Virus record (IMG/VR): IMGVR_UViG_2974506819_000001
Location: 162,789 to 226,788 of that record
From: a virus
Lineage: Duplodnaviria; Heunggongvirae; Uroviricota; Caudoviricetes
Reading direction: 5' to 3' (one strand)
DNA: 64,000 nucleotides
This document shows positions 26,020-35,871 of this stretch, in pieces. Position 1 is the first letter of the stretch. Every line of letters begins with the position of its first letter. The position numbers and the translations under genes are program-made. The notes under the pieces were generated by a model, which saw only the letters and a program-made list of their open reading frames with translations, searched no databases and was not told the DNA's origin.

Positions 26020-28068
26020 TTATTTAAATAATGTTAATACGCTATTAGACGAGCTCAGCGCCACGCAGGGAGCTTCTTCACTGATGTCGAGGATTTCATT
26101 GCCTGAAACATCACCCAGCGAGATATGGCCTTCCTGCTTGCTTAAAAGCTGGTTAACCTGCTCACGGCTCCATTCCAGAATATCAATCGACCGGGACGTA
26201 ATGTTCGGGTCCCTGCCGGTATCCAAATCCACCATCCAGAAGAAACAATTAGAGTCTTGACCTTGACGCCAGGTACGGGCTACCGCCTGTGTCAGTTCGT
26301 AATCACGGAACGGGGCATTCATGAAGATGGTTTGGTTTGCCATCAACATCGGGTAGCCTTCTTTCAGTGAATCAAACGACGCAATACAGACTTCAATGCT
26401 GGGGTCTTCCTCGAACTGCTTAATCAAAGTGTCACGGTTCTTGTTGTTCTCCCCGTGAATGGTTACTGACTTAATGCCCTGGGTTTCCAGATACCGTTCG
26501 GTTTCTTTTACCACGTCAACGTAACTGGTGAAGATAATGGTCTTCTTCTCCACGTTACGAATCAGCTCGGGCAATCCAGCATGAGCAATGGTATCCCGAA
26601 TGGCGTTCATACGGGCTTTACCCAAGACGTTGCCTAAGGCTTCCCCCTGGAGTTTCAGGTTAAGGTATTTCACTGCCGACTTAATGCTGCGGAAGTCATG
26701 CAGGTCTTTGCCCTTAAGCTGTGCTTCAACCTTCTCTTCTACCCGCTTACAGAATTTGTTGTCTTCAACATCTTCTTTGTTCCAGGTAGTGAACCCTTCC
26801 CGACGGAACCGGTTAACAATCTGACGGTACTCTTTGAGTTCATTCTCAGCCCGCTCATTTCCTTTGATGATGCTGTGGTAGTTCTCCAAGGTTTCCTGGA
26901 AGAACGCAATGTACTCAGGCATCATATTGTTGTAGAACCGTACCCGGTCAATGATGTACAACTGCATCTCATGACGAATGGCGTTCAGAGTATAACGATC
27001 CGACCCTGGGAACGAAACCTTAATCGGTTCTACCGGTGGTGCTTCGGCCATGTTGTTCAATGACGAGATGGTGAACTTCGACCGACCAATACGGTGGTTG
27101 AGCAGCTCGTTAAGTTTATCTCGACTCCGTCCATAGGCTTCGAGGAACTTATCACGTACACGTCCTTTGAAGTATGGGTCAATCAAACAGAACACCGTGT
27201 AGGCTTCACGACCCAGTGCTTTCAACGGCGTACCGGACATGGGCAATGCATGCGCAAAGATATCTTCATCGTGCATCTCAATCAGGCGTTGGGTACGACC
27301 GGTTTTGAATTCGTTGAAGTTATGGCACTCGTCCACAATCAGCTTGAGCTTACCACGGCATTTACGCTGTACGGCTTTCAGCTGTTTGATTACGCTGTTG
27401 TAGTTATTCCCAAACGCGTAGTCATAGTGAATGATGTAGAAGTCCGCATCATCCGGCATCGGTTCACCACTGATTGACGTCCAGTACTTGGGTGTTTCCT
27501 TAAACACCTGGTGCATGTGCTTAACCCACACCGAGTCCACAATACTTAACGGACAGAGTACCACGGTGGGGTTCTTATCAATACAGCGACTCCAGATTAA
27601 GCTCAAGAAGGTTTTCCCTGACCCTGCCTTGGCATCCAACAGCAAACCGGTTAAATGGTAGCTCTGGGTAATCACCGGGTACTGGGTCAGGAATAAACGC
27701 TGAGGGTCGTAGGGTTTAAACGTAAACTCCTGTTCAACCTTCTTGATATCAAACGGTTTACCGTGCGGGTTAAAGGTTCCCTCTAACCAGGTTTCCGTTT
27801 CAATCTTTTCTTTTAGTTGCGATAACCGTTTGCGGTTACTGCGAATATTTCTTAACTGGAGTAGCTTACTTATGCAGAAATGTAATTCTACTAAGAAGAA
27901 AGTGTTGGTACGAATCGTATCCCACTTCTCTCTCACGAACATGTAGTTACCGATTGTCGACGTTCCATACAGCTTCTGTAGGTCTTTCTCGAAACTGTGG
28001 AATGACAAGCCGGTAATATGTACGCTTTGTCCTTCTATCGCAATATTCGGCTCAAGTGAAAAGTACAT
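26020..28068 (-). CDS. SF2 (SNF2/DEAH-like) helicase
   Basis: Walker A DAKAGSGKT, Walker B IVDECH, SGTP, C-terminal QAVARTWRQGQ. ATG 28068 follows SD AAGGGA. Confidence 0.85.
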   Translation of the reverse strand: MYFSLEPNIAIEGQSVHITGLSFHSFEKDLQKLYGTSTIGNYMFVREKWDTIRTNTFFLVELHFCISKLLQLRNIRSNRKRLSQLKEKIETETWLEGTFNPHGKPFDIKKVEQEFTFKPYDPQRLFLTQYPVITQSYHLTGLLLDAKAGSGKTFLSLIWSRCIDKNPTVVLCPLSIVDSVWVKHMHQVFKETPKYWTSISGEPMPDDADFYIIHYDYAFGNNYNSVIKQLKAVQRKCRGKLKLIVDECHNFNEFKTGRTQRLIEMHDEDIFAHALPMSGTPLKALGREAYTVFCLIDPYFKGRVRDKFLEAYGRSRDKLNELLNHRIGRSKFTISSLNNMAEAPPVEPIKVSFPGSDRYTLNAIRHEMQLYIIDRVRFYNNMMPEYIAFFQETLENYHSIIKGNERAENELKEYRQIVNRFRREGFTTWNKEDVEDNKFCKRVEEKVEAQLKGKDLHDFRSIKSAVKYLNLKLQGEALGNVLGKARMNAIRDTIAHAGLPELIRNVEKKTIIFTSYVDVVKETERYLETQGIKSVTIHGENNKNRDTLIKQFEEDPSIEVCIASFDSLKEGYPMLMANQTIFMNAPFRDYELTQAVARTWRQGQDSNCFFWMVDLDTGRDPNITSRSIDILEWSREQVNQLLSKQEGHISLGDVSGNEILDISEEAPCVALSSSNSVLTLFK

Positions 28069-28096
28069 AAGAGTCCCTTTGAAAACGGAGTAATAA

Positions 28097-29299
28097 ATGT
28101 CTGTTGCTAATTTCTTAATCAACAATCCCACCGAACTGGCATTGCTGAAAAAATTCTTTGCACGCCGCTGGCCTAATAAAGGGGAGCCGGTAAAGGTCTA
28201 TGTTTATCCGAGCTTTAAACGCCCGGTAGACATGAAGGTTGTCCGTTATGTGCTGGCTGACGACACTGCTATCTCATACAATCTTCCGGCGGGTCTGTAT
28301 GAAATCTTCAAGAACAAAATCCGCGAAGAGCGCTGGGATTGGATGATTCGTCCGAACGGTATCAAAGAGCTGCAGAACTTCACCGTGGGTCGCGAAGAGC
28401 GTTATCAGTCTTTCCACAACCCTAACCTCATCAACCACTATCTGATGAACGTTAACCTGGCACCGTATACACTGCCGGAAGCGGCGTTCATTGCAGAGTC
28501 TAAATTAGCGGCGGCGTTTGAGGGGCTGAACAGCGGTGACATTCATCACATCGATCTGCGCTTTAAGAAAGTGGCGAACATCACCACCGACGTCATCCGT
28601 CAAATTCGTGCTAACCTGGCGCTGATCAGCAACGACCTGAACACGGTCAAAGACCACGACCTGTACTTTGGTTTCTTTATTAACAAAGACACCTTTGAGC
28701 TGGCCCCGTCCCTGAGCCGTATCGAACCGATGCTGCCGGAAGGTGGTACGTTCGTTCTGGAACAGCAACCGCTGAATCCTGCAGACTTTGCTTACCTCGG
28801 CGCGCTGGGTCAAACCGGTATCAGCACCATCATCAATGCGGTAGACCGTCTGAACCAGGCCATTAAAGGTTTCCTGGTTGAAGCCGATCGTCACCCCATG
28901 CTGCTGAAGCATGCGGAAGACCTCATCACTCAAACCTTCGTGATGCTGACGCAGGCAGGTCATATGGTCTACACCTTTACCTATGAAGGCGGTAAAGAGA
29001 AGATCGATAACCTGGCCAACGATATCCTGGGGCGTCTTGCTGAGCTGCCGGGTGTGGTCGGTCTGGACATCAACAGCTGGCGTGTGTGGGATTACACTAA
29101 CATCAACGAACCGGTACGTTTAACCGAGCCGGATTTCGAAGGTGAAATCTTTAACCGTTATACCGACAGCTTCGTCACTGCGCTGTACAACTACCTCATC
29201 ACGCTGCAGACGCCGCTCCTGCGTCCGTACTCTCGTCGTGAAGCGGTAGCCCCAGAGAAAGTTGGCGAGCACGCCGTAGGCAGTATCCGCATGGGCTAA
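28097..29299 (+). CDS. Hypothetical protein
   Basis: 400-aa ORF with strongly phage-typical codon usage; no recognised motif. Confidence 0.75.
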   Translation: MSVANFLINNPTELALLKKFFARRWPNKGEPVKVYVYPSFKRPVDMKVVRYVLADDTAISYNLPAGLYEIFKNKIREERWDWMIRPNGIKELQNFTVGREERYQSFHNPNLINHYLMNVNLAPYTLPEAAFIAESKLAAAFEGLNSGDIHHIDLRFKKVANITTDVIRQIRANLALISNDLNTVKDHDLYFGFFINKDTFELAPSLSRIEPMLPEGGTFVLEQQPLNPADFAYLGALGQTGISTIINAVDRLNQAIKGFLVEADRHPMLLKHAEDLITQTFVMLTQAGHMVYTFTYEGGKEKIDNLANDILGRLAELPGVVGLDINSWRVWDYTNINEPVRLTEPDFEGEIFNRYTDSFVTALYNYLITLQTPLLRPYSRREAVAPEKVGEHAVGSIRMG

Positions 29300-29310
29300 G
29301 CCCCTGTTAC

Positions 29311-29342
29311 TATTCCTCCTACCCATGTGGGTAGGAGGAATA
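29311..29342. terminator. Bidirectional terminator
   Basis: 15-bp arms TATTCCTCCTACCCA/TGGGTAGGAGGAATA between convergent genes; T-rich tail on the plus strand. Confidence 0.75.
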
Positions 29343-29351
29343 TACTTACTT

Positions 29352-29987
29352 TTATTTTTGCGCTGTTAAGGCGGCTTCCAGTTCCAGGATTTGCTGTTGC
29401 AATGCTGACACTGTGGTTTCCAGTTCACGTACTCGAGCCACGTTATTAGTGTTGTCTTTGATTTTGTTCTTGCGAGCATTCTCAAACACATCGGCCTGTG
29501 ACTTGCTAACGTACCCGGTAGTGGGGATTACCCCCAACCGAATCTGGCTGGTAATCCCGACAGCGTTCTCCACGTAGTCCCGGATGTCATCCTGAGCTTG
29601 CGTCAATACATCTTTCAAGCCAGGATGACACGGACCCAGGTCAACAATCAGTGCCATGCGTTCATACCGCACACCGTCCACCATAGGGAACGACTTAAAG
29701 TACGAACTGACCACGTAGACCGTTTGAGCATTGCGGCTGGTTAAAGCTACAATGACCGCATTCATCCCAATAGCTCGGTCGAGCACGGTTTGGTAATCTG
29801 CTTCGGCTAAACCAATCGGTTTGAACACCAACTCATACAGGTTCAGCTTCATGGCCTGCATTTCAGGAATGGTGCGCACAGCTTCCACGGTGTAATACTT
29901 CGTGGGGTCTACCACTTTGTCAAACGGGTTGATGGCTTCAAAGCTACCCGCTGAGTAAATGGCAGGAATCAGGTTTTGTTCGCTCAC
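29352..29987 (-). CDS. Hypothetical, probable virion protein with a C-terminal coiled coil
   Basis: 211-aa ORF; position in a phiKZ-like structural block. Confidence 0.65.
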   Translation of the reverse strand: MSEQNLIPAIYSAGSFEAINPFDKVVDPTKYYTVEAVRTIPEMQAMKLNLYELVFKPIGLAEADYQTVLDRAIGMNAVIVALTSRNAQTVYVVSSYFKSFPMVDGVRYERMALIVDLGPCHPGLKDVLTQAQDDIRDYVENAVGITSQIRLGVIPTTGYVSKSQADVFENARKNKIKDNTNNVARVRELETTVSALQQQILELEAALTAQK

Positions 29988-29993
29988 CGTTTA

Positions 29994-31331
29994 TTACTCC
30001 TTGATGCGACCGTCTTGCAGCATCTGCCAACGGGTCATAACCACGAAGCGCACTTTACCTACACGGCGTGATACCCACAGCTTGTTAAAGCGGGTCACAC
30101 GAGTAATGCCTGCCGGGGTTAAGTTGTTCGGGGTGGTGGTTTCCGCTGCAGAAATCAGGTTTTCCATTTCCTTGATGAAGGTCATGGTGGCACCTGACAT
30201 GATGTCAAAGTCCGGGTCGTCTGACGGAATCAGCTGATAATCCGGGTAGAGCTGCGACAGTTTGGTGTTCTCTGGGCGGTTGTTCAGCTTGCCTACGAAG
30301 GCACACTGGAACGACTTGTAGAGGAACGCCACTGATTGCAGGGATTTTATGACATGATCTGCAGACATATTGGGGGTCAGATAAAAATCCACATGATCAC
30401 GGACAGTTTCGTAATCTACAATTGGAGACAGTGTGGATGTACCGTTCACCTTATTCTTCACGCCCAGACGGTCGTAATAAGGAATGACGTAGAACTCCGT
30501 GGGGTTAAAGAGATCAGGAATCTTCTCTTCCCACTCTTCCCGAGTATATTGACTATTCTCGAGAATCTCGTCTTGAATCTGCTGGTACAACTGATCGTCA
30601 GCGTCATCGCCGTTCCCGTTTACCAATGTCCGCCACCACCCCGTGTTGTAGTTAGGGGTGTTGATCAGGTCAACGATAGAAAACCCGTCCACTCGACGAT
30701 AACTCGCAGGATGCTGCTCGTTGTTGGTCAGTTTGTCAATGCGGTCTTCCACGACGTTTGGAGTTTCTTTTTCCAGACGCTCAGCAATCTGCCGATAGTT
30801 CATGGTCATCAGCGTATCCATTTCCTCAATGGGAAGCGGGTGACACACCGTGAAACTAACGCGCGGGTATTGCTTCAGGAAATACTCGTTGGCGAACCAC
30901 AGATAAAAACTTTGATCTTCACCATTCACTTTATGATTCCCGCGAATAAAACTGGGGAAGAAGATGGTGCTGTTTGTCACCATGTCCCCGACTTCGAGGA
31001 TTTCGATGTTGTTGGTGAACTGCTGTTTAAGTTGATTTAAACAGTTAACACTGCTGGCGGTTAAATTACCCTTGTTGGCTTGATCGTAGAGCCAGTTCGC
31101 AATGGTGATTTGTTTCTCCGCCAAGTCTTGTGGCATGACAATTGGGGAATTGTCTTTTTCAGCCAAGAAGTTGTACAAAATGGTTTCGCTACTTCCCGTA
31201 ATTGAAAACACCCCAGGGTCTTTTGTATACGTCCGGGCTTTGGTGGAAAGCTCTCCCATCGGAGAGGTCACAAGATTGCTATTGTTGTGGAGCTTTGCGA
31301 TACTCCCGAAAGATAAATAAGAGGTGCTCAT
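29994..31331 (-). CDS. Probable virion structural protein
   Basis: 445-aa ORF with SD AAGGGA; location consistent with recalled phiKZ-family synteny near RNase H/UvsX. Confidence 0.6.
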   Translation of the reverse strand: MSTSYLSFGSIAKLHNNSNLVTSPMGELSTKARTYTKDPGVFSITGSSETILYNFLAEKDNSPIVMPQDLAEKQITIANWLYDQANKGNLTASSVNCLNQLKQQFTNNIEILEVGDMVTNSTIFFPSFIRGNHKVNGEDQSFYLWFANEYFLKQYPRVSFTVCHPLPIEEMDTLMTMNYRQIAERLEKETPNVVEDRIDKLTNNEQHPASYRRVDGFSIVDLINTPNYNTGWWRTLVNGNGDDADDQLYQQIQDEILENSQYTREEWEEKIPDLFNPTEFYVIPYYDRLGVKNKVNGTSTLSPIVDYETVRDHVDFYLTPNMSADHVIKSLQSVAFLYKSFQCAFVGKLNNRPENTKLSQLYPDYQLIPSDDPDFDIMSGATMTFIKEMENLISAAETTTPNNLTPAGITRVTRFNKLWVSRRVGKVRFVVMTRWQMLQDGRIKE

Positions 31332-31358
31332 GGCATTTTCCCTTTAAGGACGTAGAAT

Positions 31359-31850
31359 ATGTTTAAAATCATCGAGGAGTTGATGAATAGGTTCATAGAA
31401 TTTATTTTGCAGTACGTCAAAGGCGAATCTGCAGAAGAGCGACTCACGTCGGCACTACGAACCTCTATTTATACAACGACCGCTTTATTTTGGTTGCTTG
31501 TTAGTTTGCTGGTAAGCAGTGTACTAATGAAAATAGAAATCGCGAACCTGCAAGCGGGGATTCAGCGAATTAATGTCCTTTTTGATTCATCTGCGCAGAA
31601 CAGCCCATTTTCTGAATTCATCAAGCTTAATAATTCACTGGTTCAACGCCTTGAACTTTCCACACAAGAGAAAGAATTCTTGATTCGTGAGAACGTAAAA
31701 TTAACCAACATTAACGAAGGATTGCACACAGACGTACAGCATTATCAAGACGAAAATAAAACACTCACCATAGAGCTTGGGATTTGCCGGGAGGGAGACC
31801 GACTCGACCCTGCCGAACATCGCTATTCCAAACGCTCTAAAAATCACTGA
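31359..31850 (+). CDS. Single-pass membrane protein with a coiled coil
   Basis: Hydrophobic ALFWLLVSLLVSSVLM followed by a heptad-rich segment. Confidence 0.65.
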   Translation: MFKIIEELMNRFIEFILQYVKGESAEERLTSALRTSIYTTTALFWLLVSLLVSSVLMKIEIANLQAGIQRINVLFDSSAQNSPFSEFIKLNNSLVQRLELSTQEKEFLIRENVKLTNINEGLHTDVQHYQDENKTLTIELGICREGDRLDPAEHRYSKRSKNH

Positions 31851-31857
31851 GTAAAAA

Positions 31858-31887
31858 AATACCCTATTGTCTATTCAATAGGGTATT
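31858..31887 (-). terminator. Hairpin with its U-tract on the minus strand
   Basis: 12-bp perfect stem AATACCCTATTG/CAATAGGGTATT preceded by an A-run on the plus strand. Confidence 0.5.
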
Positions 31888-31909
31888 ACCATAATAAAGG
31901 ATCTGTTAA

Positions 31910-33418
31910 ATGAAAAATGACGCTGTCGCACAACCGACGCTCAACATGGTAATCTATCTGACACTTAAAGAATGCCAGATCAAGAAAAACACCCTTTACC
32001 CACTGGGTGGCCATGGTTATACGTACGACGTTGCGGTAGAGGGAAAGCGTAAGCTGCAGAAAGATGCACCGACCACTGCGGGGTATTACACGGGGAATCC
32101 GCAACGCCCTGGTAATATAGTGGACATCGCCGACATTGTGAGTTTAACGGTTCCCAACTCAGCCGGTAAATCGGAAGCATTGCTGAAAGCGATGATTGAG
32201 TTGTTGACGTATTTCGGAGCACATCCTGAATACAAGAACCTGTGTGTGGTTACCCTTCACAAGGAAATTGCACAGCTGACAACGTATCGTGACAAAGTAA
32301 AAGACGCAGGGTACAAGGTCGGTCGACTTGAACTGACTCCTGAAGAAATTACGTTGTTCGAGCAATATTCTGCTTTATTGAAAGAGTGGGAAGCAAACGA
32401 CCACAAAATCATTTTCGATTTGGACGCATCGGTTGAAGGCGGGCGTGGTAATAAAGCAGCAGACCAGCAACAGGGGTTAGCTGAAGTTATCACGGTATGG
32501 AGCACGGAAAACCATCCTACCCTTAACTTAACCGGTCGTAAAGAATACGAAAACCCGGAAAGTGATTTCAACAAACTTGTGAGCGCGACCCGCTGGTATT
32601 TCACCACCGGCGAAGACACCGATTTCTACGAGCCCTACGGTGACTATCGTGCTTACAACTTTGGTAAGGTTGAACCGGATAAAAAGTATTACGGTAAACT
32701 GACCCCTGACGTTACCTACAGTAAGCTTTACACCAAGACCCCCATCCAGTTGTTGGATAAACTCTTTGAGTTCACGAATAAAACCGTGAGTAACCCAGAT
32801 GGCTTAATGTCAGCCGGGAACTTAACCAACATCAAGAGCAAGGACCTGGTGCGTCTGATTGACACCTACCCTGCGGTTAAGGATAAGGACAACCTTATCA
32901 TGCCGTACACGGTGGGTGGTCAGGAAGAGCCGCTGTTGGTTGAGTTGATTAACCCGCCGATGCTGTCGTACCGGATTAAAGAATCCTTCTACAACATCGA
33001 TGTGATTTTCAATGCCTTCCGCAATCGGGATAGCAACAACGAGTTTAAGAACTCGAAGTTCTATGACATCACCGATGAGATTTATGCGCAGGAAGTCAAC
33101 AAGAAGGGCGACACGAAGTTAAAGATCGCTCCGACGTTTGGCATGAACACAGCGGTTATCAAAGTCAAAGTCAATCACCGGAATGCAGTAAAACCGGTTC
33201 AGTTGATTCTCGGTGTCGGGTATGACTTGCCAGAACGTAATGCGTTCAACGCGGTCACAGACCCGAATGTAAAAGTGTGGTGTGCCGTGGATGCACAAAA
33301 CGAAAAAGGATTGCGCTACTGCACGATTACAGAAACCGACGACTTCATCTACATTCACACCAGTGGGATTGCAAACCTGCGGGTACTGAGTTTGGATGAG
33401 TTAGGGCGGAAAGCATAA
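31910..33418 (+). CDS. RNase H-like protein (phiKZ gp155-type), catalytic residues apparently degenerate
   Basis: VIY...GGHGYTY N-terminus and GNKAAD helix resemble RNase HI; sits two genes from UvsX as in phiKZ-like phages. Confidence 0.55.
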   Translation: MKNDAVAQPTLNMVIYLTLKECQIKKNTLYPLGGHGYTYDVAVEGKRKLQKDAPTTAGYYTGNPQRPGNIVDIADIVSLTVPNSAGKSEALLKAMIELLTYFGAHPEYKNLCVVTLHKEIAQLTTYRDKVKDAGYKVGRLELTPEEITLFEQYSALLKEWEANDHKIIFDLDASVEGGRGNKAADQQQGLAEVITVWSTENHPTLNLTGRKEYENPESDFNKLVSATRWYFTTGEDTDFYEPYGDYRAYNFGKVEPDKKYYGKLTPDVTYSKLYTKTPIQLLDKLFEFTNKTVSNPDGLMSAGNLTNIKSKDLVRLIDTYPAVKDKDNLIMPYTVGGQEEPLLVELINPPMLSYRIKESFYNIDVIFNAFRNRDSNNEFKNSKFYDITDEIYAQEVNKKGDTKLKIAPTFGMNTAVIKVKVNHRNAVKPVQLILGVGYDLPERNAFNAVTDPNVKVWCAVDAQNEKGLRYCTITETDDFIYIHTSGIANLRVLSLDELGRKA

Positions 33419-33422
33419 TACT

Positions 33423-33451
33423 AGGGTTAGGAGGTGTCACCCTCCTAACCT
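33423..33451. terminator. Hairpin between convergent genes
   Basis: AGGGTTAGGAGG/CCTCCTAACCTT stem. Confidence 0.65.
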
Positions 33452-33470
33452 TGTTATGCCGCTATGCCGC

Positions 33471-34271
33471 TTATTTCATTTTTCGGAACTCTTCCAACTG
33501 ACGCTGGAAAACGGCAGTCAGTTCGTTCAGCAGACCGGTCACTACACCTGCCACGTTAACCAGGCCGACGTAGTTATTGATAATCAGCTGGATGTCCACC
33601 AACGCTTCTTTAGACAGCAGAATGTCGTTAGCTTCAATCTTGGTGACCAGCAGAGACCCGATGTCGTAAACCGCCGTGATGTCACGGGTCAGGATTTCGA
33701 TGTCGCGTGCCTTGATGGCTTTGATGGCCTGATTATATTGGTTCATCAACATAAACGCATCGTTGAACTGCAGGTACACCTGGTCCAGCGGGAACTTCGC
33801 TTTGTTGTTGCTGTCGAGTTCTTTAATGAAGACCTCGGTTTGCTCCAGGCACTGATCAAAGTCGCTTACGGACCAGCTAAAGGATTTGTCCATGCGGCCT
33901 TTCTTAACGATGCTTTTCATCCAATCATATAACCGAGTCGTTTCCGTTTTCAGGTTATTGAGGATAAAGATACCGTTAATCAGGTGACGGGTGTAGGTTT
34001 CCATTTCACCCATGGCACCTGAGAAGTATTCAGGTACAGTGATCTCTTGACCGGCATTGCGAACGAACAGGACGTCTTTGTCAACGAGGTAACGCTGCGT
34101 GGAGCGATAGTCGACTTCATGCAGACTGCCTTTCAGCGCAGCCAGCTTACGGTCAACTGAGCGATTAAACTCGTTGAAGAATAAACTCATGCTCTCTCGT
34201 AAGCCAAGGCTTTCGATGCCGGAAATAGCGAGGAGCTGAGGTTGTTTAACTTCGTTAATCATATCAAACAT
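33471..34271 (-). CDS. Hypothetical helical protein, probably virion-associated
   Basis: ATG 34271 after SD AGAGGT; contains SGIESL (possible G-x-E cleavage site). Confidence 0.65.
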   Translation of the reverse strand: MFDMINEVKQPQLLAISGIESLGLRESMSLFFNEFNRSVDRKLAALKGSLHEVDYRSTQRYLVDKDVLFVRNAGQEITVPEYFSGAMGEMETYTRHLINGIFILNNLKTETTRLYDWMKSIVKKGRMDKSFSWSVSDFDQCLEQTEVFIKELDSNNKAKFPLDQVYLQFNDAFMLMNQYNQAIKAIKARDIEILTRDITAVYDIGSLLVTKIEANDILLSKEALVDIQLIINNYVGLVNVAGVVTGLLNELTAVFQRQLEEFRKMK

Positions 34272-34379
34272 TACTGACCTCTTTATATGTATAGTTAAAA
34301 ACCCCTTCTTCACCAAACCGGAAAATTGGAAGAGGGTATATCAACCGTAGTTCATAAAATCAAACGGAGCAGAGAGAAT

Positions 34380-35807
34380 ATGAGTTCTCCTTTTAGTTTT
34401 GTCGCCGGTATTAAGTCATCTAATATCGTCAATGCCTGCTTTAACTTCTCGCCGATTTTCGACATGATTAACGGTGAGTATGTATTGGGCACTGACGGGG
34501 TGACTTATCTCAACGGTGGGATTTGCGCAAACAATGCGATTACTGGTGGTAACAACACACAGAAAACCGGTATGACCGTATTGGCAATGGCCCGCCTGCT
34601 GGTGCGTATCCCGACCTCCGTGGTTGTGTTCTTTGATATCGAGGCCACGTTCAGCGTGCTGCGTCTGGCGAAGATGGTGGACCAGGAGATTGGCGAGCAG
34701 GGTTACTTCTTCCGTCAAGTTCTCAACAAACGCTTCTTCTACTTCTCGCGTAACGACGGCCATGATGGTAGCTTTGTTCACAACTGGTTCAAAGATACTT
34801 ATCAGCAGATTAAGAAAGACATCAAAGAGAAGAAAGATGTCTACATTACGCTGCCGTATCCGGATAACGACGGTAACGCAATGAAAGTCATTACGCCGGT
34901 GATGCCGGTTGTTGACTCCATCTCTGAAATGCATTTCAGTAAAACCTCTGCGCACTTCCAGGAAGGCGACGTCGACGAAGGCGGTGAAAAGAAAACCCGT
35001 GACATGGTCATTGGTAACCAACGCCGTATCGTATACGAAGACTGCGACGTGTTAGGGGGTGAAGTGGGCTTCCTGCAAATCTGGACAGCTCAGGTAACTG
35101 ACATCATTAACATGACCGGTAAGCCGCTGGAAAAAGAGTCGGTGTTTATTCGTCAGGGTAAGAAGCTCAAAGGGCCAAAATCTCTGATGCGTATTCCACA
35201 GACCGGCTACGAAATCATTCGTGGTTCCGCGCTGAAATCTGGTCAGGAGTGGTTGTATCCCGACCCGTACGGGAAAGACATCTTTATCGACCGTGATGCA
35301 AAAGAGAACCCCGATTTGCTGATCTACTCCATCTCTCCATACCGTAACAAGTCTGGTGGGTCCGGCGGTAGCTTCTTCTTTATCGGTTCTCAGGCATTGG
35401 GCATTCAGGAAGGTCTGTCCATGTATCACACCATCAAGACGGCCAACAAGTGGGGTCTGGAAGGCAGTGACATTTCGCATGCTTGTGTGCTCTACCCGGA
35501 GTGCAAGGTAGGTCGTACCACCATCCGTAAAAAATTGCTGGACGACAAAAAGCTCTACCGTGCATTGACGATCTGTTACCAGATGTGGTTCATGCAAACA
35601 TTTAACCTGGCGCTCGATGCGAAGTATCGTATGACGCCGGAAGAGCTGTTTGAGAAAATCAAAGCTCAGGGCTATGACTGGGACGACATGTTAAACACCG
35701 TCGACTACATTCATTTTAATCCGGACATTAAGCAGCCCACCCTTTCAACAATGGAATTGTTAAAGATCGCTATCGGGGAACGTAAACCCCATTGGCATAA
35801 GCAATAA
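34380..35807 (+). CDS. uvsX: UvsX/RecA-like recombinase (phiKZ gp152-type)
   Basis: Walker A-like ITGGNNTQKT, FFDIEATF, Walker B PVVDSISE; ATG 34380 preferred. Confidence 0.7.
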   Translation: MSSPFSFVAGIKSSNIVNACFNFSPIFDMINGEYVLGTDGVTYLNGGICANNAITGGNNTQKTGMTVLAMARLLVRIPTSVVVFFDIEATFSVLRLAKMVDQEIGEQGYFFRQVLNKRFFYFSRNDGHDGSFVHNWFKDTYQQIKKDIKEKKDVYITLPYPDNDGNAMKVITPVMPVVDSISEMHFSKTSAHFQEGDVDEGGEKKTRDMVIGNQRRIVYEDCDVLGGEVGFLQIWTAQVTDIINMTGKPLEKESVFIRQGKKLKGPKSLMRIPQTGYEIIRGSALKSGQEWLYPDPYGKDIFIDRDAKENPDLLIYSISPYRNKSGGSGGSFFFIGSQALGIQEGLSMYHTIKTANKWGLEGSDISHACVLYPECKVGRTTIRKKLLDDKKLYRALTICYQMWFMQTFNLALDAKYRMTPEELFEKIKAQGYDWDDMLNTVDYIHFNPDIKQPTLSTMELLKIAIGERKPHWHKQ

Positions 35808-35813
35808 CCTTTA

Positions 35814-35853
35814 GGACGAGGGGGAGATATTATAAACTCCCTCCGTCTTTCTT
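35814..35853 (+). terminator. Possible terminator
   Basis: GACG(A)GGGGGAG/CTCCCTCCGTC stem followed by TTTCTT. Confidence 0.5.
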
Positions 35854-35871
35854 CGCTCTCAGGTGTGAACC

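Noticed and set aside
28069-28131. Longer helicase start overlapping the 28097 gene
   Set aside because: ATG 28068 has an SD and avoids a head-to-head overlap. The same logic applies to the starts at 34316, 34326 and 50842.
31886-32104. 72-aa antisense ORF ending at the hairpin
   Set aside because: No SD or recognisable features; antisense to a long CDS.
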